A stretch of DNA of 64,000 bases from Myxococcota bacterium (GCA_039208735.1 JBCCQY010000020.1:1-64000); one strand, 5' to 3'. Counted from the first letter of the stretch, positions 39,363 through 49,457 are shown. Notes: generated by a model not told the origin, from the sequence alone. Numbers and translations: made by a program.

Positions 39363-39865
39363 GGCGATGCTCCAGGGGTGGCGGCGGCTGCGGCCAACGC
39401 GGTGAGGTGGTGGAGTCGCGTGGAGATCGTTCGGCCGCTGACCCCAAGCAGCGCGCCGATATCCGCCTGCGACAGTTGATCGACGTAGTAGTAAACCCCA
39501 ATTTGGGCGAGTTCAGGGTCCACGGTGCGCCACAGCTGCGAGAGGAACACCCGCGCTTCGGTGCCTTCAGCGGAGGTCACCGGGCAGCTCCAGGGCACTT
39601 CACCCATCTCTTCGAGGAGTTCACGGCGACGCTTTTCGTTGCGCAAGCGAGCAAGGCAATGCCTCGTGGCGATGCCGTAGAGCCAGGCCCGCGGCGGCGC
39701 CTCTCCCCGGTAGGTGTGCCGCTTTTCGAGGGCGGCCAAGAAGACCTCCTGCAGCACATCATGGGCTTGCTCCCCTCGATAGAACCGACGGATCCGTCTC
39801 AACAGCAACGGCGCGAACCGCGCGTACAGCTGGTCGATGTTGAGGGACTCGGGATCGAAGGGCAT
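39359..39865 (-). CDS. ECF sigma-70 factor
   Basis: DVLQEVFL, WLYGIATRHCL, LSQADIGALLGVS HTH. Confidence 0.92.
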   Translation of the reverse strand: MPFDPESLNIDQLYARFAPLLLRRIRRFYRGEQAHDVLQEVFLAALEKRHTYRGEAPPRAWLYGIATRHCLARLRNEKRRRELLEEMGEVPWSCPVTSAEGTEARVFLSQLWRTVDPELAQIGVYYYVDQLSQADIGALLGVSGRTISTRLHHLTALAAAAATPGASP

Positions 39866-39879
39866 CAAGACCGCGGGGC

Positions 39880-40851
39880 TTAGAAGAATGCGGCGCAGCA
39901 ACCGTTGGTGAGGTCACACACGTTGTCGGCACAGATTCCGACTTCGATGCCGTCTTCGGTGCAGGTGCAGTCTCCATCTTGGCAGGCCATGCTGATGGTG
40001 CGCGTTCCATCTGACGAGGAGGAGGAGCACGCGCTCGACGAGCTACCCTTACCGTTGCCGCCCTTGCCAGAGCCCGGGTTGAAGGACCACGAGACGCGGG
40101 TGGCGGGGATCGAGAAGTCCGCCTGGCGCTGGACGGGCTTGCCGCCGAACCAGTCTTCCGCCGTCACATCCAGTTCGCCGTCGAGCGTGCCTTCCGACAC
40201 CGTGCAATCGAGGTTGCCGCCCCACGGATGGGACGGGTCGAAGCAGTCGTCTTCGGTGGCGAATGCGATCGAGGTGATTTCGAAGGTGCCGGATTCGGCG
40301 ATGTAGGTTTCCTGGGCGACCTGATCCCAAATGATCGCGATGCCGTCGTCGATTCCAAAGCCGCCCACGTCCACCGTACCTGCGTCCACCAGTCCGTTCA
40401 CCAAGATGAGAATCACCTCGTCGACGGTCTGGGCCTTCACGTCGAGCCCGGTCCAGGCAAGCACGCCGGTATGCAGGAAGTCGTTGCCCTTGCCAAACGT
40501 GACTTCATACTGAATCCCGGTGCCGTCGTAGAGGGCTGGCTTCTTGAATGCGATGGGTCCGACGGTCCGGATCTCAGCCGATGCATCCTGAGCGGTTCCG
40601 GCCATGGGGTTCATGACGCCGAGATCTTCAAGGGCGACCCCCAGAGCGTCTCGTTCTTCATCGGAGAGCGCTCGGAACTGGGAGCTTGGGCCATCGTTGG
40701 GGCTTGTCGGGTCACTCACACTTGGCGTTGTCGGGTCCGAGACGACGGGGGCGGCCGGGTCGTTGGCGAGGTCGGCTGGGGCGGTCTCGACCGGGGCGTT
40801 GCAGCCCCACAGCCCCAATGCGAGGGCGCCAAACAGGTGCACGCGGTTCAT
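39880..40851 (-). CDS. lipoprotein with Cys-rich C-terminus
   Basis: Lipobox LWGC; Pro-rich linker; CQDGDCTC...NGCCAAFF. Confidence 0.8.
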   Translation of the reverse strand: MNRVHLFGALALGLWGCNAPVETAPADLANDPAAPVVSDPTTPSVSDPTSPNDGPSSQFRALSDEERDALGVALEDLGVMNPMAGTAQDASAEIRTVGPIAFKKPALYDGTGIQYEVTFGKGNDFLHTGVLAWTGLDVKAQTVDEVILILVNGLVDAGTVDVGGFGIDDGIAIIWDQVAQETYIAESGTFEITSIAFATEDDCFDPSHPWGGNLDCTVSEGTLDGELDVTAEDWFGGKPVQRQADFSIPATRVSWSFNPGSGKGGNGKGSSSSACSSSSSDGTRTISMACQDGDCTCTEDGIEVGICADNVCDLTNGCCAAFF

Positions 40852-41196
40852 GTGATCTCCAAGTCGCAGCACGTCGGTGCCGCTCGTGAATGGAGATGCG
40901 TGAGCCGGCCCGGCTGGAAGCACCGATCGGGAATTTTTTGATTTGTGGCCATGAAGACTGACATCCCATGGCAGGCTGAAATCGGAGGGAGGAACTGGGG
41001 CAACCTGGCTACACCGTCGACCTCGTGAAGATGGAAGTTCTGGCGTTTAGTGCCGCAACGAATCGGATGGCGTTCCGGCGGACGATCGTTGGACGACCGT
41101 GTACGGACGTTAATCCTTGCGGTGGTTCCCAAGACTGGCTAGGCGGGGTGTCGAACTTTCACGGTTCGAACCTGCCTAATTAGGAGGTGAGCCACC

Positions 41197-42789
41197 TTGT
41201 TTAAACATCATAACACCCAGTTGGTTCGACTTCTAAGTTCAGAAGACTCAGCCACGCGACAACAAGGTCGCCTTCTGATTGAAAGCCTCGGTCTTGAAGT
41301 GTTGCGAGGCCATGACCTCCGATCGGCCTTTCTCCTTGGGGCTGACCTCTCGGGAATGGACCTTCGAGGAGTGAATCTCTCCCAAGCGGAGCTACGAGGC
41401 GTCGACCTTTCCGATACCGACCTGCGGGGAGCGCATGTACTCGGCGCATCCCTGCGCGACGCGCAGATGACGCGGGCACGGTTCGAGGGAGCGGTCGCCA
41501 ATCCTCACACCCATTGGGGAGGACGGGTTCCCAATGGACTGCGGCAGATTCCTGCGAACGCGCCGCTTGTTTGGCTGGCTCCGGACGTCGTTCCGGCGCC
41601 GCACCTAAACCTTCGCCATGCCGATCTTCGTGGGCGAAGCTGGACGAACGCCCGACTTCGCGGTGCGAGGCTCGTTCGCGCATGGTTGGAAGGCGCTTGT
41701 CTGATCGGCGCCGACCTACGAGACGCCGATCTTGAGCAGGCCAACCTGAGGGGGGCTGACCTAAGAGGAGCGCGCACCCAGGGGGCACGCTTCGACCACG
41801 CGGTTGCGGATGCGTCCACCCGATGGCCCCACGCGGTTCCGGAGTGCGTAACCGTCCTTGGACCTGGCGCTTGGGCGAGAGGGGCGCAGCTCGCCGGCCA
41901 TGACTTGTCGCAAATGTGGCTTCGGAACATCGATTTGTCCCACGCCGACCTTCGGGGCACGGTGTTGTTCCAAGGCGATTTGGAAGGCGCGTCGCTTCGC
42001 AGTGCGGACCTTCGACGCGCCAAATTCAACGGCGTATCCTTGCGGGGCGCCGATCTTTCGATGGCGGACCTGCGTGAAGCCGACCTCAGCGATGCGGACC
42101 TTGAAGGGGCCTGTCTCGATGGGGCGCTGTTGGGCCGATGTGTTCTGCATGGGGCCAATCTCGACCGCGCATCACTGCGAGACGTGGATGCCACCGGGGT
42201 TCATGCAACTGAGGCCACGTTTCTCCATGCGGTGCTCGATGGTGCCACGTTCGATGAGGGCGCACTGGATGGCGCGATCTTGGCCGAGGGTTCCCTGCGG
42301 TTTGCGAGGTTGCACGATGCGGATCTGGGAGGGGCGGAGCTCGACGAGGCCGAGATGACCTACGCCGACCTCATGGGCTCCTCGCTCGTGGGGGCATCCC
42401 TGCGTGAGGTGCACGCCCCCAGCGTGGTCCTCGCAGGGTGTGACTTGGAGCATGCGACGCTGGAAGGGGGCTGCTTCGACCACGCAGATCTCCGCGACGT
42501 GCGCATCGAGCGGGCCCGAATCTGTGTCGGGGGGCAGGAGGTGCTTGTGGCCGAGCGAACGTTCACGGGCTGGTGGTTATCCACTCCGCGACTGGCTCCC
42601 TATTCGACGGCTTCTTCCTCTTCTTCCTCGATGGGCTCGCAGCACGACATAGCTCCCCAGGTCGTGCAGACCATCTCGGGCGAAGTGTCCTCGGCCGGTG
42701 CTTCGGGCTTCGACTCGGCGGGGGATTCGTTGGTTGAATCACCGGAAACGACGTCGGCCATGCAGCAGGTGTGGGGAGCCACCTCGTAG
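41197..42789 (+). CDS. pentapeptide repeat protein
   Basis: AGGAGG RBS; many A(D/N)LxxA repeats; the last ~60 codons overlap an antisense ORF. Confidence 0.88.
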   Translation: MFKHHNTQLVRLLSSEDSATRQQGRLLIESLGLEVLRGHDLRSAFLLGADLSGMDLRGVNLSQAELRGVDLSDTDLRGAHVLGASLRDAQMTRARFEGAVANPHTHWGGRVPNGLRQIPANAPLVWLAPDVVPAPHLNLRHADLRGRSWTNARLRGARLVRAWLEGACLIGADLRDADLEQANLRGADLRGARTQGARFDHAVADASTRWPHAVPECVTVLGPGAWARGAQLAGHDLSQMWLRNIDLSHADLRGTVLFQGDLEGASLRSADLRRAKFNGVSLRGADLSMADLREADLSDADLEGACLDGALLGRCVLHGANLDRASLRDVDATGVHATEATFLHAVLDGATFDEGALDGAILAEGSLRFARLHDADLGGAELDEAEMTYADLMGSSLVGASLREVHAPSVVLAGCDLEHATLEGGCFDHADLRDVRIERARICVGGQEVLVAERTFTGWWLSTPRLAPYSTASSSSSSMGSQHDIAPQVVQTISGEVSSAGASGFDSAGDSLVESPETTSAMQQVWGATS

Positions 42790-43074
42790 CAGGTCCCTAG
42801 GGCCGCCGAGGGCACGGTGAGGGTGCGCCGCATCGCGGCTTCCCGATCGAGGAGCCTGGCCATCCGATTGTAGTAGGTACCTGAGCGTGCATTGAGGGTC
42901 GCGTCCATCCCCGCTTTGGCCCCCGCCTCATCGCCCGCGACCCACTTGGCCTTGGCGAGTTCGAACAGGGACTTGTGCTTGCCGGGCAAAGGGAAAGAAG
43001 AAGGTTCCCACTGCGTCGAAGGCGGCCTCCTGCAGACAGGCCACTTCGGACTCGGGACCCTTCTTGCGGCCCAT
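42600..43074 (-). pseudogene. gene fragment with acidic, Cys-rich C-terminus; possible frameshift near 42990
   Basis: ORF 42600-42989 has protein-like composition; a plausible upstream segment (KKGPESEVACLQEAAF) lies in the neighbouring frame. Confidence 0.4.
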
Positions 43075-43429
43075 GTGCCCGTCCGAGGCGGTGCTCCCCG
43101 GCACCTCGCGCTCCACGGCCGCGTTCACCAAGGTCAAGACCGAGCGTCGAGTGGTAGCGCAAGAGTCGGTCACGACGCCCTCGGGTTCGCACGATGCCCT
43201 GCTCATCGAACAGATGGATCGGACCACGATCCACGGCAGCGAGCCCACCGAGCGCGAATTCAAAGAGCGGCTTTGGTATGTCCCGGGGATTGGTGTCGTG
43301 AAGACCCAGTTCCAACGCCTCAACGGCAAGGTGGTGGGTACGATCGAGATGACGTCGTTCAAAGATGGCGAAGCTCCGGTTGAGGTCGAAACGTCGGCGG
43401 CGACCGATGAACCGGAAGCCGCGGAGTAG
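43073..43429 (+). pseudogene. C-terminal fragment of a DUF3108/TapB-like secreted protein
   Basis: ESVTTPSG...WYVPGIGVVK motif, without N-terminus or signal peptide. Confidence 0.55.
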
Positions 43430-43430
43430 C

Positions 43431-44876
43431 TCACTCGCAGGTGCAGCCTGCTCCGGCCTCGAGCTGACTGGCGGCCGCTTCGGGCAAACATGCACTCTCT
43501 TCGAAGGGGAGCATCGAGGCGATGTCGGGGTTGCAGTCCCCACAACAGGAGTAGCTGTCGCCGCACGCGTTGGGCTCGCAGCCCTCGATGGTGCAAAAAC
43601 CGTCGTCCGTACCCAGACTCAAGCACAAGCTGGCCGTCAGTCCGCTGCAGTCGTCGTCACTGGTGCATGGGGTTCCCGTGCCGTCCTCGGTGATGGGCAG
43701 CATGGGGTCGTCATCCCCATCGCAATCCGCGACGTACTCCGCCGGAACCACCTCACCGTTAAAGAAGTCGACCAAGCGTCCTGCAATCTCAACGCCTTGG
43801 TCGTCCTGCAGGAAGTGGCTGGCTTCGGCCAGGCGAACATGACCCTGGCCCGCCGCGCCGACCACGTTGCACACCAGGGCATCCTGGGTCCCGCACTGGC
43901 CAAGATTCCCTGGGTCGTTGCCCCCCCAAATGGTGAGGAAGGGCCTGTCAAACGCTTCGAGTCCGGCTCGGGCGTCGCTGTTGAGTCCTGGCAGATCGTT
44001 GACGTGGGACGGAAACGTGCGCGGTCCGCTCATGTAGATTCGGCTTGGGTAGGGCGCATCGTAGGCCGCTTCCACGTCACTTGGCAGATCGAACCAGGTC
44101 AATGCTTCCAGTACCTCGGAAGCGGTAAACACCGAGGCCGTCATTGAATATTCGATCCAGCCTCCAAAGTTGAAGTTAGGCCCGTCGCCGCCTGCGGTCA
44201 GCAACGAGTCGCAGCCGTCATAGAAGGGAGTTTGCTGCTCGGGAATACTCGTGAACAATGACTCTAAGTCGTCGTTGGGGACCTCGGGGTTTTCGGGTTC
44301 CGGCCATGGAGGAGGGCCGGCTGGACTGTCCGGCAAGTCGCCATTGCCCACCGCGATGGCGGCGAACTTATCAGGATTAAGCCCTGCATACCGAAGCCCG
44401 AGGAGACTGCCCCAGTCCTGTACAAACAGATGGATATCGGTCAGTTCGAGTTCTTCGATGAAGGCACCGAGCCTATCGTAGTGCACCAGGAAGGTGTAGT
44501 CATCGAGGTTGGTGGGCTTGTCAGAGCGCCCCATGCCCAGGTGATCCATGGCAATGACCCGGAATCCGGCATCGGAAAGTACGGGAATCATCTTTCGGTA
44601 CAGGTACGACCACGAGGGCTGTCCGTGAAGCAACAAGACCACAGGGCCATCGTTAGGCCCCTCCTCGACGTAGGCCTGACGCAAACCATCGATGGTGACG
44701 TATTGTGCCTTGAAGTCCCACTCCGGGAGGTCTTCGAAGCACGCCTCCGGCGTCCGAACAAACTCGATGTCTTCGTCGGTGGTGCGAAGGTCGGGTTCGC
44801 TGTCGCAAGGGGGACTGGAGCAGGCGGCAAGCAGCGCACCACAAGCCAGGGAAACAAACCGAGAGAGTCGGGTCAT
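43431..44876 (-). CDS. haloalkane dehalogenase-family lipoprotein with Cys-rich tail
   Basis: Lipobox LAAC; VRTP, HGQPSWSYLYRKMIP, GMGRSDKP, QDWG, YDAPYP, SHFLQDD. Confidence 0.92.
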   Translation of the reverse strand: MTRLSRFVSLACGALLAACSSPPCDSEPDLRTTDEDIEFVRTPEACFEDLPEWDFKAQYVTIDGLRQAYVEEGPNDGPVVLLLHGQPSWSYLYRKMIPVLSDAGFRVIAMDHLGMGRSDKPTNLDDYTFLVHYDRLGAFIEELELTDIHLFVQDWGSLLGLRYAGLNPDKFAAIAVGNGDLPDSPAGPPPWPEPENPEVPNDDLESLFTSIPEQQTPFYDGCDSLLTAGGDGPNFNFGGWIEYSMTASVFTASEVLEALTWFDLPSDVEAAYDAPYPSRIYMSGPRTFPSHVNDLPGLNSDARAGLEAFDRPFLTIWGGNDPGNLGQCGTQDALVCNVVGAAGQGHVRLAEASHFLQDDQGVEIAGRLVDFFNGEVVPAEYVADCDGDDDPMLPITEDGTGTPCTSDDDCSGLTASLCLSLGTDDGFCTIEGCEPNACGDSYSCCGDCNPDIASMLPFEESACLPEAAASQLEAGAGCTCE

Positions 44877-44930
44877 CGCATCCTCCTGGGTGGAACCTAC
44901 TGGAGGTACGTTGAGCGACTGTGCAGGTCG

Positions 44931-45458
44931 CTAGAGCCCCTCTGTGTCGATGGAGACTCCTCCGTCTGTAATGGTGGAAGTACCGTCCATGTTGCCCATG
45001 CCGTCATACAAGATCGTGGGCGCCGCAGTTCCTTCCGCGGACGGTGAGAAGCTCTCTGTGCCCCCAAGCTCGACCGGGGCAGAGCCGGTGTCCACCACGG
45101 CTTCCGCTACGCCAGCGACGACGACACTGGCAACGACGGCGCGACCAACGTGTAGGACATCACCGGCATCGACGTTGAGCCCGGTTTGCCTTTGAACCGC
45201 ATCGGCGACACGTTCCGCGAATGCTTCCTCTTGTTTGGCAAGCGCCGCGTTCGTCCGTCGGGCACGGGCCTCAAGGTCGTCAAGCACTTCGGGCTCGATG
45301 AAGTTCTCAGCTAGATCGCGCGCGGACGTCATCGCCTTTCGGGCGGTGGCTTCGACCGCCCCCGATGCCTTGGCTTCCAGGTCCCGAACGGGCTTGACGA
45401 CGGCCTGAAGGGTCTCGTTTTCCGCGAGCGTACGTCGGATCTTATCGAAGAAGCCCAT
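44931..45458 (-). CDS. hypothetical protein
   Basis: GGAGG RBS, MGFFDK start, helical N-terminus. Confidence 0.75.
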   Translation of the reverse strand: MGFFDKIRRTLAENETLQAVVKPVRDLEAKASGAVEATARKAMTSARDLAENFIEPEVLDDLEARARRTNAALAKQEEAFAERVADAVQRQTGLNVDAGDVLHVGRAVVASVVVAGVAEAVVDTGSAPVELGGTESFSPSAEGTAAPTILYDGMGNMDGTSTITDGGVSIDTEGL

Positions 45459-45534
45459 CGTTCACCTCCGATACGCTCCCTATTGGTGGGGATGACGTAG
45501 GCTCGGAACGCTTTGCTACGGCATGCGACAACCC

Positions 45535-46310
45535 CTACCGCGGGGAGGTGATGCGTAGGTCCTTGGGACGAGTGCGAAGTTGCAACCCCAGATCGAGTTG
45601 AGCTGCGAGCAGGTCGAGCTGCAGATCGTTGACGTGGAACGTCAGTCCTGCGACGAATGCAAATTGGTCCGAGACGGGCAATTCGGCTCGAGGTGATAGA
45701 GACCACCACAGTGCATTGACGGCATCGATGTTCTCGGGGGGGCGTAGATGTCGTCGTTGTCGTATCCGTACGGGTTTGGTGGGGTTGCCGCGGGATTTGG
45801 AATGGACCAATTGGTGGGCGTGACCAGGTATTCGGCGCCGAACGTAACGCCGAGTCGGGGCGCTTTGGTCTGACCGGTCACCGGGGCGGTGACCTGCAGA
45901 TGGGCGGTTGGGCCTCCATAGGGAAGTCGAAAGTCGCTGATTCCCGTCAGGTCTCCGAGTCCCGCTGCGATCCCGAGTCGAAGTCCAAACGTACCGTGGT
46001 TGAGGCTTGGAATACGGGTTCGAATCCAGACTCCCGGTGAGCCTGCGACCGAGTTCCCCGGTCGCGTCAGGGCCCGAAATTCAAGCACCACCGCCCGTCC
46101 TACCGAATGGGCCCCCGAGAGGCTTGCCGCCCAATCCGTGTCGAGTATCGGCTCTTCGATCCCGGCCACCAAAGGTCCGGTGCCGCCAAGTTCAACCCCC
46201 GTCGCTTTTATGCCACTATTGAGTGGCATACCGCTCATGAACGTGGGGGGAGGCACCGCGGTTGTGCAGGCGGTTCCAATGAATCCCGCGATCATGATGG
46301 CAATGCGCAT
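45535..46310 (-). pseudogene. beta-strand-rich (outer-membrane-like) lipoprotein, frameshifted at a C7 run
   Basis: Lipobox GTAC; after YAPP the -1 frame continues ENIDAVNALWWSLSPRAEL...LDLGLQL; G7 at 45736-45742 on the plus strand. Confidence 0.6.
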
Positions 46311-46379
46311 GAGGCTCCCGTCTACGGGGCCAGCGTAGCGTACCGATGTGGCAATCCACAGGCTCATTTCGTGTTTGGC

Positions 46380-46979
46380 TCACCACCACGGGGTCAGAAC
46401 GCCGGTTTGGCGATGATAGTTGTGCCACTGTGCGCCGAACCGCTCCTGTAGCGACCGTTCTTCTTGCGGGAGTCGCCAGCCCAGCACCCAGAGTTGCGAA
46501 GCCAGCCATAGGCCACCCAGAAGCACGTTGCTGGTAAGCAAGGTCAATCCTCCAAAGATGAGGAGGAACGAGGTATACATCGGGTGGCGAATCCGCGCGT
46601 AGGGGCCCCGGCGAACCAATCGATGGTCGTCGCGAAGGTGCAAGGTGCCCGAGAAGTGGACGCCAAGGGCAAGATGGACCCAGACCAAAAGCAGAATGCC
46701 GGTCTCGAGAAGGACAAGGCCGACCCCGTGACCCCAGGGGGGAATGGCGACGGAACCTGGCACGAGGCTTGGCGACACAACCCAGGCAGCGAGACCCACG
46801 AGACCGCCGATAAGGAACACGACGCGCACCATGATTCCGATGAACCAGCCACCCTCTCGGCGAAGTCCGTCGGATTGATCGCGGAAAAGCCCTCCGGCCT
46901 CTCGATGCGCCAGCAGACGAATTCCCAGCACGATGGCGAAGAGGGCTCCAACCAAGAGTTGGCGTTCGAATTCGGTCAT
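46380..46979 (-). CDS. isoprenylcysteine carboxyl methyltransferase (ICMT/Ste14)-family membrane protein
   Basis: HRLVRRGPYARIRHPMY, EERSL.ERFG..W..Y. Confidence 0.92.
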   Translation of the reverse strand: MTEFERQLLVGALFAIVLGIRLLAHREAGGLFRDQSDGLRREGGWFIGIMVRVVFLIGGLVGLAAWVVSPSLVPGSVAIPPWGHGVGLVLLETGILLLVWVHLALGVHFSGTLHLRDDHRLVRRGPYARIRHPMYTSFLLIFGGLTLLTSNVLLGGLWLASQLWVLGWRLPQEERSLQERFGAQWHNYHRQTGVLTPWW

Positions 46980-47548
46980 GTTCGCTCCACGATGGCGTGT
47001 ACGAGCCGTTGGACGAGGCGTTTTCCATCGACTGGCACGGGTGAGGTGGCGAGGTGGGTAAGAATGCCCAGCATGCCCACTTGAAAGAATCGAGCTTCTA
47101 AAGCGGGATCTTCGGCGCCCAGCTCAACAAAGAACGCCTCGAATGCGGTTCGATCAACCCTGGTGGCAACGTCGGTCATCGCATGGCGAAGTGCAGGGTC
47201 GGTAAGCGCCCGAAGATAAAGGTGAAACGTATTGGACTTGCCCTGCCCGGCTTCCAGGAGGGCGGTTCCTGCGGCGAGCAGTCGATCTGCGGGTGAGCCG
47301 TGGTCCGGCAGTGCAGCCATGGCCGATGCAACAACCTCGATTCGCTGTTGCACCACGGCCTCGACGAGGGCCTGTTTGCTCGGGAAGTAGTGGTACGCGA
47401 GCCCTTTCGACACCCCGGCCCGAGATGCCAGGGCCGCCATGGAGGTACCCGAGAACCCTCGTTCCGCGAACAGCTCAAGGGCAGCGTCAAGCAGCTGAGA
47501 CCTGGTCTGAGCCCGCGCTCGGGCGTTGGCATCGGCATCTCGTCCCAT
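46976..47548 (-). CDS. TetR-family regulator
   Basis: LLDAALELFAERGF...AGVSKGLAYHYFPSK; overlaps the ICMT start. Confidence 0.95.
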   Translation of the reverse strand: MGRDADANARARAQTRSQLLDAALELFAERGFSGTSMAALASRAGVSKGLAYHYFPSKQALVEAVVQQRIEVVASAMAALPDHGSPADRLLAAGTALLEAGQGKSNTFHLYLRALTDPALRHAMTDVATRVDRTAFEAFFVELGAEDPALEARFFQVGMLGILTHLATSPVPVDGKRLVQRLVHAIVERT

Positions 47549-47560
47549 GCTGTGCGATTA

Positions 47561-47582
47561 TGATCGACCAAACGGTCAGTCA
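47561..47582. promoter_or_regulatory. candidate TetR operator
   Basis: Imperfect palindrome TGATCGACC-AAAC-GGTCAGTCA just upstream of the tetR start. Confidence 0.5.
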
Positions 47583-47697
47583 ATCAAAATATGGAACCGA
47601 ACGCCCGCGGCGCACAACGGGGGCAGGTGGAACCACTGCGATGGTAAGCCAAGGACCAGCCTACACCGCCGACCCACCCGGGGGATAGCGGGCGGGA

Positions 47698-47868
47698 TTG
47701 GCGAGAGACCGGGAATGCCGCGAACTTCGCGTGGAAACCCAGAACACCAACGTCGCGGCTTGCCAGTTTTATGCGAACCGAGGCTGCGAGCTGGTCCTGG
47801 TCGAGCGAGGGGCCTACGGCGACCTTCCCGATGAGGTCAAGCTCGTCTGGGCGATGACCCTCGAATGA
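47698..47868 (+). pseudogene. C-terminal remnant of a GNAT acetyltransferase (streptothricin acetyltransferase-like)
   Basis: Manual translation: LARDRECRELRVETQNTNVAACQFYANRGCEL...AYGDLPDEVKLVW; not in the ORF track (<60 aa). Confidence 0.75.
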
Positions 47869-47916
47869 GGAGGTACAGGGTCAGGGCCCCTCGATACGCC
47901 GACGCATGGAGGAGTC

Positions 47917-48831
47917 ATGCGGGACGAATGGGCCAAGGCTTTCTCGGCCACCGCGCAAGAGTGGTGGACCGAAGCTCGGACCAAGGCGGTACTGGGCGAC
48001 AAGCGGCTTGCCTTCCCACCCGCGGAGGCGGCGGTTCTGCTACGCGCGCTAGGGCTGATGAACGGGGATGCGACGATGCCTCCCGATCGGATCCGGAAGT
48101 ACCGCCAGATCAACCACATGCTTCGCGTTTTGCGTCCTTCGCTCGAAGCGTTGGCCGACACGTGCGACCGGCCCTGCATCGTGGACGCAGGCTGCGGACG
48201 CTCCTACCTCACGATGCTCATCGCCTGGTGGTTTGCGCATACCCGTCTTCAGTCGGTTCAAATCCTCGGTATTGACCGCAGTCCAGCCCTCGTTCAGACG
48301 TGTCGTGAACGGGCGGAGCGGGCGGGATTGCAGGCGAGCCTTCGATTCCTCGCCGCACCGCTCGCCGACTTGGATTTGGAGGAGGCCTGGCGCGCGGAGT
48401 TTGGTGAGCCCTGGGCCGGCCTGGACGCACTGGTTTCGCTGCACGCATGCGACACTGCGACCGATGACGCCTTGGTGTTGGCGGTCGAGCACCAGGCTCG
48501 TTTCGTTGCCGTGGCCCCCTGCTGTCAACGTGAGCTTTCGGCCGCATGGAAGCACCGTCCAGAACTGGGGCCTTGGGCGGCATCTCCCCACCTGCGCCGC
48601 ACCGCAGCCGCCACCACCACCGACACGTACCGCATGCTGTTGCTCCAAACCCAGGGCTACGAGACGAGTGCGGTGGAATTCGTCGAGGCCCTTCATACCC
48701 CCAAGAACACCCTGATCCGAGGTCTGCTCCGCCCGCCCGCCAAACCGGAGGCTCGGCTCCGATATTGCCAGTTTCGCGATCGAACAGGCGGCGTGGATAT
48801 CGCCTTGGCCCGTCGATGGGGTGTGGTGTGA
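47917..48831 (+). CDS. SAM-dependent methyltransferase (Methyltransf_32-like)
   Basis: KYRQINH, VDAGCGRSYLT, SLHACDTATDDAL, APCC, HTPKN. Confidence 0.9.
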   Translation: MRDEWAKAFSATAQEWWTEARTKAVLGDKRLAFPPAEAAVLLRALGLMNGDATMPPDRIRKYRQINHMLRVLRPSLEALADTCDRPCIVDAGCGRSYLTMLIAWWFAHTRLQSVQILGIDRSPALVQTCRERAERAGLQASLRFLAAPLADLDLEEAWRAEFGEPWAGLDALVSLHACDTATDDALVLAVEHQARFVAVAPCCQRELSAAWKHRPELGPWAASPHLRRTAAATTTDTYRMLLLQTQGYETSAVEFVEALHTPKNTLIRGLLRPPAKPEARLRYCQFRDRTGGVDIALARRWGVV

Positions 48832-48873
48832 CCCCACCTCGGACCCGACAATAGCTTGGCAACAGGAGGGTGC

Positions 48874-49446
48874 ATGGACTGGAGAGTCGCCGCGGCGGGC
48901 AGTGGGCTTTTGGGGCTGATCTTGGGTGGAGTAGGCGGACAATTCCTCGGTGAACCGGAGGACGACTCGGCCTCCGAAGATTGTGAGGAACAGCTCGTTC
49001 AGCTTCGGAGCGAAGCCGAGCAGTTGCAGGTCCAGCTCGAGATCGTGGGTGGCCTGCCGACGCCGTGGCCCGAAGAGGACATGGGCCCGTTCGAGGCCGA
49101 TGCCGTCAAGGCCTGGCTCGACGCTGCTCCGTCGAGGTTCGATGCATTCGCCAGCGTCGCGATGCTCGATTGTGAAGAGTTTCCTTGCTTGTTGGTGCTG
49201 AACTATCTGCCCGACGTCCCAGGGGGAGCGGAAACCCTCGAGCCGGTGCACGATGCTCTCGACGCCCATACCGAAGGACGAATCGGAATGGAGAGCCTCG
49301 TATCGGATGGCCCAAGCGGGACGACAGCCGCTGTGCCTGTCGCGCCAGACGATGCCCTGGCCGACCCCGCAATTCACGCTCGAATCGATGTTCGATTTGA
49401 GGAGCTCTTGAAGGGAAGTCCGGCCGAACCCGTCGACGACCCGTAG
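48874..49446 (+). CDS. membrane-anchored hypothetical protein
   Basis: GGAGG RBS, N-terminal TM, coiled coil, DCEEFPC. Confidence 0.75.
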   Translation: MDWRVAAAGSGLLGLILGGVGGQFLGEPEDDSASEDCEEQLVQLRSEAEQLQVQLEIVGGLPTPWPEEDMGPFEADAVKAWLDAAPSRFDAFASVAMLDCEEFPCLLVLNYLPDVPGGAETLEPVHDALDAHTEGRIGMESLVSDGPSGTTAAVPVAPDDALADPAIHARIDVRFEELLKGSPAEPVDDP

Positions 49447-49457
49447 CGTTTCGTTAG

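Noticed and set aside
41140..41178. Hairpin before the pentapeptide gene RBS as a riboswitch
   Set aside because: It is a single stem with no recognisable aptamer motif.
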